This document shows, in pieces, positions 48,501-62,520 of a stretch of 64,000 nt of DNA. Position 1 is the stretch's first letter; each line of letters starts with the position of its first letter. The stretch comes from the human T2T-CHM13v2.0 reference genome, Homo sapiens: assembly GCF_009914755.1 (NCBI RefSeq), contig NC_060928.1; one strand, written 5' to 3'. The notes below the pieces were generated by a model. The model saw only the letters and a program-made list of their open reading frames with translations, was not told where the DNA came from and did no database searches. The position numbers and the translations under genes were made by a program.

Positions 48501-51500
48501 CCATCAGCATCCTCCCAAAGACATCTCCCAAAAACATGGAATTTAAAGTAAAAGAAAGATTTTTTGTTATGCAAATGCGGCTTCAAGATGAAGCCTTTGG
48601 ACCCCGATTCTTGCTCTTTCCCACATGCCCCCTCACCTCTTCCCATGCACCTGTCCCCATCCCATCCATATTGTTGTCCCTAAATCCCATTTACAAAGAT
48701 CCTGGATCCACCAACAGCTATAACCTTTCTTTTTTCATGACACTGCTTCTAAATCCTTTGCACAATTCTGAGAAATTGCTTCCTATCAGGTGCTAATGGC
48801 ATTTAACCTTTTAGGGATCTCCTGTCTTCAAATTAAAAAATAATAAAATGTATTCAATTCTATTGTCATGTTAATTTCAAATTTTTTAACAATTTTGAGA
48901 TGTTTGACAGTTTCAGGAGATTTGCTTAAAACAAGACATGTATTTCATGTATTACTTTAATACCAAAACCAATTGTGATTATGTCTATCTAATGGCAAAT
49001 TTGAAACATAATTCAGAGTTATTAAATGTTACTTGAATTGATTATATTATATGGTCATAGAATTTTCCTCACCAGTAGCTGTATGGCAATCCTTTAATTG
49101 CACAAAAGTTAACCCATAGTCTCTTTTTTTTAAGATAGTACTTTAAAATTTCCACTAAAAACATTAAAATACCAATTCATGTATAGTATAGCTATGTGGA
49201 ACAGAACAGCCTGTGTTGCAACGCCAGCTTAATATTTTATTACTTCACATAATAAAATAGGGAACGTATTTATCCACTGAGGTTGTAATTAGTTACAAGT
49301 AATGAATCTTTAGTGTTCTAATTCCAGAGCCTGGCAGATTTAGAACACCAGTTGACCCTGTCTTGCTGGAAAATGAAGGAAGTGGGAGTAGAATTTTCTC
49401 TGTAGGACAAGACAGCTTTGGATGGGAGGGACAATAGAAGCTTGCCAAAAACATGGGTCAAACTGAACACAGATGGCTGTAGCTGATAGAGGTGTCTATT
49501 ATTGTGTTTTCTTCTCAGCAGTTTTCTCTTTGTTTGTCAGTATTTTTATACTTACATGAAGAAATTTTGTTGCTCAGCAACCAAGAGAAAATATACTAAT
49601 AGAATCCATTTTTGTTGGAAAAAAAATGTTGGTGGTAGATGTTGATGATGGGGTTGGGGTAGTGTTGTGATTGAGCAGTATTAACGTAGGAGTAGAGGTG
49701 ATTTTCTCGGAGTGCTGTTTATTATAAGTGTCTAAAATTAAATATATCACATTATCCATTTACTGCTTAGCTTGCCTCTGTCTTACACCTCCAATACTAT
49801 TTGGGAAAAAAATGGCCTAAGTAAATGTATTCCATTAGTTAATAATATAATTTATAATACACGGAGGAAACATTTGAAGAAATAAAACTATAATTTACAT
49901 ATTTTTTATAACTTCAGTGTTTCCTAAAGTCAATTTTTTAAGCTTCATTAAAGGATTTCATGTGTATTTCTTTTTTTTTTTCTGGAGGAGTTCTATTTAT
50001 TATTCTTGAGTACATCTGTTTTCTGCATGGTGAAATATTAAAATAAATATATATTTGAAGGTCAGAATAGTTTTGTTCAAATACTGGCTTAACTTTTCAT
50101 GCTGTGTGACTTTAAGGGAGAAGCCAAACTTCTCTGAACCACAGTACCTTTATCTGTTAAAAAAAGAGAATTCCAATCCCTTAATAAGTGTTGTGAGGAA
50201 AATGTGCAGTACACATAGCACTGCATATTTTCCTAAAAGACTGTTTGATTTACTTTTGTTGATGCTACATTCAGTTATTTACTTCTTGTGTGGTCCAGAA
50301 GGCAATGATAAAAAAATGTAAACAACTCCTGGTCATGTAAATAGCTACTGTTCATACAAAAATTGTGATGACATTTTTAATGATACCACATAAAGGGAAA
50401 TCAAGACCAATCTTACAAATTCTGTTTCTTGGTTTTAAGGAAATTATTAAGGAACTGCATTAAAAATAACTCTGTGGTAATTTTCTTCATTGTACTGTAT
50501 CAGGTAGAAAAATAATTTTTAAATGAGTGACTAGTGAGCCGCAAGACATAACCAAGAACAGAAGGGTTATTAGCTAACAAAGGGAAGCAGATGTAATTTT
50601 TAAACATTGATTTTGCATTTATTTATTTTAAGTAAACTACAGAATTTTTAAATTTTAATATAATGCAAAGGTAGAGTAGCATTTTCCAATTTATACACTA
50701 TGTTTTGATAAGTGTCAGATACTGAAGTTATATTCTAAATATAATCCACCCGCCTAGGGAAACGAATAAAAATATAACCTTTGTTAAAAGATAGGGTAAG
50801 TGAATTGTTAATGACTATTCCAGAAGTGAGACTTCAGAACATAGTTTGGCTCTAAAAGACCTTTCTTTCATTTTAATATTATATTTGAAACACTTAGTAA
50901 AGATAAATTTTTAAATGTTCAATGTCTGATCATTGTAAGCAATGTCATTTTGTGAGCTCTATTTCTGGAACTAGAAAAATTACTTTGAAAACTGTCCATT
51001 CTGGTTGTGCTTTTTTGAGTAAGTGGTCTTAGTTGTATTTTAATAGAGGAAATGAAACAAGGTACCACTCTTTTAATGTATTTATTCTGATGTTGAGGCG
51101 ATATGTTAGAACAAATTTAATTATACTATGACTATGAAAACAAATAAAATTAGGCAGAACTAGAGTGATAGGCGGGAACTCATTGTTGATTTTCAACTTA
51201 AATATCATATACTTATTAACATATGCATTACAAATATATCATTTAATTATCTCAACAACTCTAGAAGGTAAGTAATGGTATTTCCATTTTGTAGATGGAG
51301 TATCAAGGATCATGAAATTGTCAGTATATTGTTTTGTGGTAGAGCGCCATTTGAGTTCATTTGGTTCCAAGGCTTTAGTTCTTTCCAGTACACTTCACTG
51401 GTCTTCAATTGTTATAAATCACAGCCTGCTAATTTCACAGAAAGGAGATTAAAAGCAAAAGCCATAAATATAAATACGAAGTATTTGAATGCTGATCTAT

Positions 51501-53444
51501 ATCATAACTAGATCTTTCTTTTTTGTTTGGATTATAGTGAATTTTTAAACTAGAAAATATAAGCAAACAGTATTTTTGAAGGATGTAATAACCACACTCC
51601 AAAGTACATCAATGAATCATAGTAAATTAACCATTAATTAATCACATTAAAAGGAAAAGCATACTTAGGAAACACAGAAAATTTATTTTTTAAGGGTTGA
51701 ACTTATAATTAACTGAATTAAATGAGATGTTAAATTAACTTTGAAAGGCACATTTCTATCACTGATATACCTAAACTTGCCTCCTAATTAAATACTTAAA
51801 AATAAATGAATCAACATTTGCTTTTAATAATGACCCTGAGAGAAGGAAAATATAGAATATTTAACTACAAGTTAATAACTAATAATTAGTGTAGATTTAG
51901 TAGTAGAAGAAAAGGTAAGATGGAGCCAATACTGTAACTACATTATATGTTAAAACACTTACGTAAACACAGCCAGATATAATTATATGGAGGTTGCTTT
52001 AAGGATTACTGTTATTACATATAAAATTTTCCTTACAAGAGTAGGTGAACATAAAAAGACTATTGAATTCAAATCTAGGGAACTTGGGAAAAAAAATAAA
52101 ACTCTTTTAGAGAGTCTATGTAATACATGGGAAGAGTAAGGACTTTTGATTCAAACACACTTGGGTACAATCATGACTTGGGGAAGCTGTCTTCCCCAAG
52201 AGTATCACAGTATCAGTTGCCTCTTTTGTGAAATCTATTTCACAGAGCAGCTTTGAGAAACAAAACTTAAAAATGCACCCATGATACTCACCCAAAATAA
52301 GTATCCATTCACTTCTCTCTCATTTTCTTCATTTGCATAGATGCTGGTTTTGTCATTCATCAGACAAGATTGCCAGGATATAACATTGAGAACTATGTAA
52401 ATGACACTACATCTTTTCATCCCTGTTCTTAGATGAAGATAAGTTTGAGAATTTTCTTGGGGTGTTTCAGTAGAGAATTAAACCTCCTTAGGATTTCTGG
52501 TTTTGTTCTGAAATGCAAGATGGACATGGAAACAGAAGGGACATTAACCTGTTTCTCTGCCATTTGCCTGGATGTATATATTTACATTGCTAAGATCTTG
52601 GTTCTGCACACTGTCATTTAGACAATAACTAAGGATTTCCGAATTAGAAGGGATAAGTATTAACTAGGACCTTGTTCTTATGTTTTATTGTGGATAATGT
52701 GTTGGCCTTTGTACTACCTTCCCATCCTCAACTATCATTCCAGTATTCAATATGCGAGATACAGTGTTTCTTACTGGGGATTTAAATATGCATAGTTCAG
52801 GTCAGATACACATATTTCAAATATGCATGGTTCAAAGGTAAGCAGTTACCTTTAACAGGATAGCTTCTATTTATAGCTTTTATCCATGCCCTCAAGAGAC
52901 TAGCAATCTAATAGGAAGACAAACATCACATAAACTATTATCAGAAAATCTAAAAGATTGCTGTGATGAAAAAGTTTCACCAGCTGATTACGGTAACTGG
53001 TTTCTGTAATCTCAACACAATTGAGATTATTTATCCTGTCTGAGCTTTTGGTTTTTGCATTTCATAAGGCTTTGTCTGCATATTTTAAACTATTGGAAAT
53101 GAATTTTTTTTAATCTATGTGCAGAAAAAATATCAGGCAAATTATACCCACCTTTATTCTTCTGTTTTTAAAATACTGAATATGAAATATTACATTCCTA
53201 TGTAATTAAATAGCGTTTGATTTAAAGCATGTGGACCTTGGGCCTCATCCAAGGGATACTCTAGTGTACCTTGGTCTGAGGCTGCTTATCAGTCCTGATG
53301 TGCTTTCCCTTTCCTTCCTGTTTGAATACAGGTCCATTCTGTGCTGTTACCATCTCTGTCCTTAAGAGCTTCCTTTGCCCTAAGATGCCCCGATGTATGT
53401 TTGTATTTGATGACATATTTTTACATCCTGGTCAGGAAATATAA

Positions 53445-53803
<359 letters not shown>

Positions 53804-53929
53804 TCCAACATTATTTCTATGGTAATAGTTATTAAACAATAATAGCATCATTATTAATAATTATGGAACATTAACAGCAACTACCTCTAAAACAACTAAA
53901 ACTAACATTTATTTAAAACAAATGGCTAT

Positions 53930-54085
53930 TTATGCTATTTTATTCAAACCTCAAAATAATGCTATGAAATAGTTATCGTTGTTATTACCATTTCACTGAT
54001 GAGAAAACTGAGGCTCAGGGAAGATTAGTTAACTCCCTTTGGATCATACAATTAGGAAGACCTAGAGCCAAGATTTCAGCCTAAG
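53930..54085 (-). mobile_element. MIR
   Basis: CCATTTCACTGATGAGAAAACTGAGGCTCAGGGAAG core. Confidence 0.75.
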
Positions 54086-54696
54086 CAAAATTCATCCTTA
54101 GCAATAGCACATCCTGACCTGGTCATATATAAGAATTTAATAGTAGTTTCTGATAAAGATATCGGTTTGGAAAATTTAAAAAAATAATATTTTATTGTAC
54201 ATCTATAATATAATTGTATAGTTAATTGTATAATTGTATAATTGTATATGTGTATATGAGATAGACAGTTTAAAAAATATTACTTTAAGTCCTTTTTGAA
54301 ATGAATCGTGAATAAAAATAGTTTGAATATAGAAGCAGGATTTTAGTCAAATGAATATAGAAAATATTCTTTAAAATCACTGACAGAAAATACAAGAATT
54401 TCAGAAAATGAACCTTCAACATATTTTTTCAAGGGCTCTTATTCTTTTCTATTTTGTGGATATTCAATATAAGCAAAATTTTAAATTCAAAAAATATTTA
54501 ATTTTATATGTTGATATATTTTAGTTTGATTAATTCTCAAAACTTAATGTACATGAGACTCTCTTAGGTGGATATTTATTTAAAATGCATATTACTTTTC
54601 AGAAGATTTCATGAAAGTTCTTGAAACATATTTTAACAACTCCCTCAAGGGATTCTGATGCAAATGTCTCGTAGAGCACATTGTAAGAAACAACTC

Positions 54697-54920
54697 TTTT
54701 TTTTTTTTGAGACGGAGCCTCGCTCTGTCGCCCAGGCTGGAGTGCAGTGGCGTGATCTCGGCTAGCTGCAAGCTCCGCCTCCCGGGTTCACGCCATTCTC
54801 CTCCTGCCTCAGTCTCCGGAGAAGCTGGGACTACAGGCGCCCGCCACCATGCCCGGCTAATTTTTTGTGTTTTTAGTAGAGACGGGGTTTCACCGTGTCA
54901 GCCAGGATGGTCTCGATCTC
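54697..54920 (-). mobile_element. 5'-truncated AluY
   Basis: CpG-rich, with GCAAGCTCCGCCTCCCGGGTTCACGCCATTC. It stops at GGTCTCGATCTC, and CTCTTTTT lies at both ends. Confidence 0.92.
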
Positions 54921-55017
54921 TTTTTAATAGGTTAGGTCATATATAAGAATTTAATTACACATTTGCAAATTTAGAAGCTCTTCTCTAAAGTTTTCCAGTT
55001 TCACTAGTTCTTTGAAG

Positions 55018-55112
55018 TAGTAGTTGTGTAGCAGTTGCGGTGGCAATAGTAGTAGCAGCAGCAGTAGTAGTATTAGCAGTAATAGTAACAGCATAGTAAC
55101 AGTAGTAGTAGT
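55018..55112. repeat. Degenerate (AGT/AGC)n simple repeat
   Basis: AGTAGTAGCAGCAGCAGTAGTAGTATTAGCAGTAATAGTAACAGC. Confidence 0.85.
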
Positions 55113-58100
55113 GGGATAATCAACACATGGAACACTAAGGGATAGTTATCTTTTCTAATGTGGTTGCTACTCAAACACATTACAAGATTTTGGCATTAGT
55201 TGACAAGCTATTGCAAGCAATCATTGAGATAATAAACTATAAACTTAAGTAAAAATGTACACTGTCCTGTTTATTAAGTTTGTGTAAATGTGTTATGTGT
55301 TGTTATGTAGCTTTAGAATACCTTCACTGACTTTTCAGCAATTACCTTTAACAGAATAGTTTTTATTTATTTTTACATTTATTATACATTTAGAAAGAAG
55401 ATGAGAGCAATAGTTTTTTATTAGTATAAGGCAAACTTAACTGATTAAACCTTCTTAGGAAAAGCAATAGTTCTGAAAGATATGCAAGAAAAAAAATGAC
55501 AAAAGTGAAAGAACTCTAGTGTTTCAAGAACAAGGAATGGCTCTATGAGCTATCCCTAGGAAAGCATATTTAAAATGAACTAAAATAAGGATCTTTTGCT
55601 TAGCACAGAATGTATGAGGTGTTTTTAAAAGAGGTGGCCTGAGGCAGTGGTTATATGGGAATTCATACAAATGTTAGAGATTTGTTAGTTTTTACATTAT
55701 ACTTCTATTAACTGTAGAATTACTATTAGTATAGAGACCTCAAGTGTTTCTTATTTCTGAAGTCTTCTTAGTAGTGAAATGATGAGGGGTATAGTAATGT
55801 CCATTTGTAATAAAAATGATTAATGAAAAATAGAATTTTTTATTTTTTAACTTTTAGGATTCATCATATGCTGAACATCTTTTTAAAGTTCTGACTGTAT
55901 TGTGCAATGTCTTTTAATTCATGTGTGTTCTTCCTTATCTAAAAATCATTTACATTTACAAATAAGAATATTTTTACCTGCACCAATCAAGATACAATTA
56001 GTAGCTATAAATGTAACATTCTATATGTAACAGAATAAGAAAACAAGAGAAAAAAATTGTAACTTAGCATAATTGAAACATGTGCCTAGCCATCTGGAGC
56101 ACTTCTGCATAATATAAAGACATTTGACATTTTAAATAAAGGATTTTGAAATAAACAAGAATTCTTTTGTGTCTTCCAAAGACATTGATTTATTGAGACT
56201 ATGTGTGGCTTTTCATCATATACAAAAGATTAATGATTTCCTAAAAGTCCTTGCATTTCTTCATTTTATAAAATGTATACACACAGTTAAGAAAAATGAA
56301 TCCTTGAAGTCCTGTGAAGAAAGGTGACAGGAAATAGTTCAAAGTATTTCATTTTAAATAACATCAAATATTATAAAATATAAATTTTCTCAAAGTAAAA
56401 AAATGAGCTTGGCATTATTGAATGTTGGTTGAATGATAAATGCATAAGTTTATGATTATCCCAATACTATATATGTGATTTTTATCAAACATATTAAAGA
56501 GTACTATAAAATAATTTTAACTTTTGATCTATAAATTTCTAAAATTTCAGCACGGTGATTGGTGTTGATAAATTTAAAGCATCAAACAGATCTTGTCTTA
56601 TCAATAAGAAGTAGTTTAAATAAACATTTTTGAAAGTAAAATTTTTATCAAGCTCAAATAATTTCAAAGCATAGTTCAAGAGATTAGAAAGCTTTTATGG
56701 TATAAAATATGAAATTGATACTGGTTTTGTTCAGAATCCCTTCATTGACTTTTCAGCACTTACCTTTAACAGGATAGTTTTATTTACATATTTTTACATT
56801 TATTATACATTTAGAAAGAAGATGAGAGCAATAGCTTTTTATTAGTATATGGCAAACTTAAACTGATTAAAGCTTCAGTTAAATTTTGCCTTATACACTC
56901 ATATTTCCTGTTAAAAATACAATTTAAATTTAGATATGTTTACATTAAAACACTCAGCACATTATAAACTTAACTATTGACTTAAAAATTTTGTAGACGT
57001 CATCATATACGTTTGAATTTTATTTTTTTATTACAATAACAATATGGTCAAGAATGAAACACAATTTTATATTACTTTATAGCTAAGAATGTTAAAATGA
57101 GATAAAAATTCAGGTGTAAAATTTTGGTTCATTCTTTTTCACTACTACTTTTATTTCTTAGTTATTGCATTAAATCAGGATTTTAGAGAAATATTCCATC
57201 CAATGTACAGTTCTTTTGAGTAAATATTCCAATGCAAATAAATCAATGCAATATCATTTTGAAATTATAAATTGGGTTATAATTAACTATATTGGCTAAT
57301 ATTAGTTTTATAAGTGTTTTAATAACTACATAGCAAAAGTTCTGCCCAATTTTAATGTAATTTAGAAGCTGTGTAAATTTTAAGTAATCATTTACGCTTT
57401 TAAAATCATATTCATATTCATATATTTTGGTTTCCAAAATAGTGGTTTTTATAAGGCCTCAATTTTTTTCCCATGTAAATTGAGGTATGCTATTGAGTTC
57501 TCTGAATCTGCTCTTGTCCATAAAGATAGCTTATTCTCCTTCAGACAGGGCGGATGATATTTCCAGAAGCAAGTCAGTGTATTAACCTAGTTACGTTAAA
57601 CCATATCTCTGCTATTTTAGAAACAATGATGAATTAAGCAGCTTCAGTTCTTGGGGCAGCATCCAGGGCTAGAACCCATAGCACCAAGTCCATGGGCTCC
57701 TCCCACTTCACCTCCTGTGCATGTTACCAGCCATTTAATCTGTTTTGGCCCCTAAATCAGTCAGGAATTTCCATATGATTTACAACTCCATTTGCTAAGA
57801 AGAAAAAAAAAATGAAGAAACTTAAATTTCATCTCTTAATATAGTTTTAATAGCACTTAATAATTTTATCTTAGAATTTTGAACACATTTTTAAAACTCT
57901 GAGTTCGAGTATTGACTACCTACTATGTGAAGAACTTTACTGCTCAAGAATATACGTTAAAAATACATATTGACCCAGCTCTGAGAGAAAATTTGAGAAT
58001 CCACACTACAGAATAAAAGAAATACAGTAGAAATTGTGGAAGAGGATACAAAGTAAATTAGTTAAGCATATTATTAGGCAGGTTGATTCGAAAGGGCTTT

Positions 58101-59049
58101 CTGAAAAAAAGTTTGATCTTAGATTTACATGAATTGTTAAATATAAATAAAAAGAGATAAAGCATGAGATATTTCCAAAAGCATATTTAATCCAGGCCTG
58201 TGCAAAAGGAGGGTGAAGAACAGTAATGAATTGGTCTCTGGATCATGTTGTGTTCTAATAGATGATTTCATAAAGACTTGGTATGGGATGTGAGTTAGAG
58301 GAATTGAGCAGGAGGAGTGTATTAGGAGAGAGAGCCTTTATTGCTAGGTTAAGTAATTTACATTTTTGAAGTTGTGGGAACATCTTATAACTCAATTACT
58401 AGAATGCAAAAAGTTGCTGATGAATGTTGAGCAATGCTGTAAGTTTTCCAAAGCATATCCAAGAGAGATTGCATTTGGATTTCGAATAAGATTATCTCCT
58501 TTATACATCTATTCTTTTAATGTATTCTACTATATTCTACTCTTGATTCCCCTTTTCTGTGGTGTATGGATTTCCCAACTACCTTGAAGAATTGAGAAGC
58601 AAATTTATTAGGTGAATTATTCCAATTTCCTAGTAATTAAACAGCATGAACATAGTTAGTCTAGGAGGCCTGGTGTTATTTTAATTCACTTTTCCTTGTG
58701 AGTTTACTGAAGTGGAGATTATCCATTACAGCCAGAGGCTTTAACGACCAGAAAATTCTTCAGCATACCTTAAACACCAATTCCCCATGTTGAAATACTT
58801 AATCACCACTCTTGCTTCTTTGGGTGCTGAAAAGAAGTTTGATCTTAGATTACCTGAATTGCTAAATATAAATAAAAAGAGAGAAAACGAGATATTTTCA
58901 TAACCAAATAGTATCTGTGATGCCAATGGGCGTTATTCTGCTTTCCTATGTGGAAGATTCCTTCTCATCATTCACTGTTTTGGTCAAGAACACCCTGATG
59001 AAAAAAATCTTTGGTTGCCTTCCAGGTAGAGTTAGTCTCTTCTAAGTTC

Positions 59050-59280
59050 CACCATTTTTATTCACACCATAATTGTAATGCTTACCCCATTGATAAATTA
59101 CTTGCATTTCTAACTGTCCCCCCTGCCCCCCACCACCATGACTATGATCTCTTTGTGCCTGGTGTATTTCTCACTCATCCCTGGGTCCTCCATGTCTTAC
59201 AGTGGTGCCTGGCACATGGCAATAATCAATAAATGCCAAGAGAATGAATACATTGAAATGAATTTGTGAATGGATGAGTT
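59050..59280 (+). mobile_element. L2 3' end
   Basis: CAGTGGTGCCTGGCACATGGCAATAATCAATAAATG...GAATGAAT. Confidence 0.7.
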
Positions 59281-62200
59281 TTGCTTTCTTTGGTACTGTA
59301 GTGATTGTTATTTGCAGATTATTTCTGTCTTTTACCTAATTTAGAAGGTCCATGTGTAATTTGGTCATGGTTTGAACTGCTAGTAAAAACAAAGGTCATC
59401 CTTTATTTAAATTCCCACAGTAGCTGCTGCTTCCATTTACACATTGTAGATGGTCAACAATTGTTTAAAATTGGTGAGCAGATGAATATCCAGGTGCTTC
59501 CTGGAGGAAAAGTGAATGGAGCAGATCATCCTCCAACTTAATCACTGCAATGTAATTTTTCATATGGGAATAGAACAGCGAAAATATTCTCTGCAAACGA
59601 AAAATATTGGACAATTAAGGTGCTAAGATTGCCTTTTTTGTGTTTTTGGTTTGGGGTCTCTGTTTGAAATGACACTAGTGAGCTTCAGGTTTCTTTCCTT
59701 GTTAACTTTTGCTGAAGGCCAAAGAGGAATGATTAAGGACTTCTAAAGAAGTATTGAAAAAAAAACACACACAAAAAGTGGTGACAAAAATACTTATTAT
59801 TTTCCTTTAATTTTTTTCTGCAATTTTGTTGATGTTGTTATTACTACCATTTAAATATAGTTAATATTAATGATTACTTTTAGTAGCATTTAAGGATTTT
59901 CATCTTTCAAATTACTACTCTGGCATGTATTATTTATGCACTTTGAATTGCTTTGCATGTTGAAATTTTCTTTTGGCCTCTAATTCAATTAGAATGCCCT
60001 TAGAGTTTTGAAGGTTGCAGTTTATATAACTTACCTTATTAGCTATAAATGGAATACAGATTTACCCTTAAAATGATCTAGTTGTCTATATTTTAATCAC
60101 ATATATACATGTAGTGCTATAAATGTTAACCAGGTAGATTTTTCCCAGCTGCCTAGCCAAAGAGAACGGTATTAGTGTCACAGTTCAGTTGAGCTGTTGT
60201 TATCTGTATGAGATCAATCTTTTGGAGAAGGCAGTGAAGGTTTTCTTATTTAATTTGCTTTCAGCAAGTCCTCCCCCTCTTTTTTTTTATATATAATTTT
60301 AAGTACTGCTCTTAGTGGGTCATTAGACTTTGAGAATTATTCACTTTGTTAGCCCAAACACTAAAACCTTGTGTCTTTTAACTCTGATTAGTGACACTTT
60401 AATAAAGTCATTTGAAGTTCAGTGGACTGAATTTTCCAACTTTTCTGATGTTTCTATGGTCACGGTAGAGCAACCTGTATTGAAGCTTGTACACAAACTT
60501 TTAAATGCAAATCTTGGAAAGCTGTGTGTAATTTTGTATATCTGACTTCAACAGGGACTGCAAAATGTGAGGGATTAAAAATAAAAGCGGTAGCAGTGTT
60601 TTCCTTCTTTTTGTTTTTCAAGTTGGGGTACAGTAAGCTTTGGGAAATAGAGAAGTTGTCACTTGACTAAACTTGATTCTCTGAGAAAAAAAAACTTGCA
60701 GATTAAAACTTTTATGGCTATACTTTTTTTTTGACAAACCAATGAGCACAAAACCTCATTTTCTTCCACATGATTAGACAATAAGGGTAATGCAAACTAT
60801 TGAATCATAAATTTCTTAGAGATAGAGCCTTGAATTTTTTTTTTGAAAAAGTAAAGAAAAAGTATATTCAATGGCTATAATTAAATCATGCACGGTGAAC
60901 CCACTTTGGAGGAATTACTTCATTTTGTATTGCATTGCGACTTGAGTGAACATTTACAACACGTGAGAATGGAAAGGATGAAAAATTATGGTTGTCTTTC
61001 GGTTCACAAGAATTCAAGGAGGCAGGTCATTGAGTTAATTTTCATGGGAAGACTAACTCTGGCCTGCTCGCATATTCAGAGGCCAAACAACCTGGTATTG
61101 ACAGCCTCAATTTGGGAGGGGAACATGCAGCAGCATTGTGCCATGGTTTGTCGAGGAAAAACAAGGGAAGATTTAAAACAAAGCTGTGAATAGGAACAGT
61201 AGCCCTTGTGTCTTGAAGCTGATTGACTTTTCCTTTTTAGACCTTTGTGAAAGTGTTACCCTCTCCTTTAAATAAGGGCTATACTGTGGTAAGAGAAATA
61301 TTTAAGATATAATTCAGTGACTCTAGGAATGGGAGCATTTACACTTCTTGAAAGAAATCAGGTGAGAGCTATTAATTGCAAATGCCATATGAAAGCATCA
61401 GCCTGAGCGGTAGGCTCAGTGCTAGGCAAGGCATATATAAGAATACTAATACTAATAGGCATTTTTTCCAAACCATAGATATATATTACCAATCATATGT
61501 TATAAATTATATATTATCATAATATATAATATATGGCATATATTATGTCTATGTATTTCAATCATATAACCTATTTACATATTTTATATACAGAAACATA
61601 CACATGTAGATAAAAAGACCAATCAATTAATGGTACTAACAAAAGAAAGAAGATAAGAAAAATCTGTATAGTCATATTTACAGATATTTTTAGAAGTAAA
61701 AATAAATGTCAACAGTACATCCAGTGGAAAAATAGTTTTCTAGAACTGCCCTTCTTTTTCCAGTACCTCTTCAGTTTATTGACCTTTGAAGAGATGGCTG
61801 CTAACACTTAACTACCAACATTTGTTTAAAAAAGAAAAATTAGTTTGTACTTTTGAATATATATTTGATATATAATTTGAATATTGTATTTAAAATATAA
61901 AGCATAAATATAAATCATAAATAAAAATTACTAATAAATTACAATTTGTAAGTGTGCTCACTGTGTTATATTTCCATTTGGATTTGAATCCACTTATCAG
62001 ACTACAATAGAAATTACATTTATTTTTAAAAATTAATACAGATTACATAAAATACTAAGATGATTTCAGTACATACTTACTAAAATTTTAAGAAGACCCA
62101 AGACTTTATAGTAGGACCTCTGAGTTATATGTCTGAAAATTAATTGACTTTTGGATTTGAATATATTACTAATTCACTTAGCCAGTTTAATTGGATTTAT

Positions 62201-62314
62201 CAGTTGTTAAGAGTTAGCAGTTTATCATAATAATCATATTGATGCTTAATACCCTCTGCATCTATTATTTGGGATGTCTGGAGTTGAAAAACTCCAGACA
62301 CAATTTAAATGAAC

Positions 62315-62520
62315 TAGAAAAAATCATAAGGTTTAGGATCAGAAGGCCCAGAGTTCAAATTTCACATCACTCAGTCCCTGAACTAGCTCATGATGCTGTA
62401 AAAGTTGCACAATATTTCTGAACCTCGATTTCTTTATCCATAAAACAATGATGTTAATATTTACATTGTTTAGTTATTGTGTGTCCTAATTAGTTAATGT
62501 ACCAAAACACCTAACATTGT
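62315..62520 (+). mobile_element. MIR
   Basis: ATCAGAAGGCCCAGAGTTCAAAT...TCTGAACCTCGATTTCTTTATCCATAAAA. Confidence 0.65.

Noticed and set aside
52177-52200. 10-bp hairpin CTTGGGGAAG-CTGT-CTTCCCCAAG
   Set aside because: It is short and sits within a MIR-like remnant. It is too small for a pre-miRNA, and such stems occur by chance or by quasi-palindrome correction.
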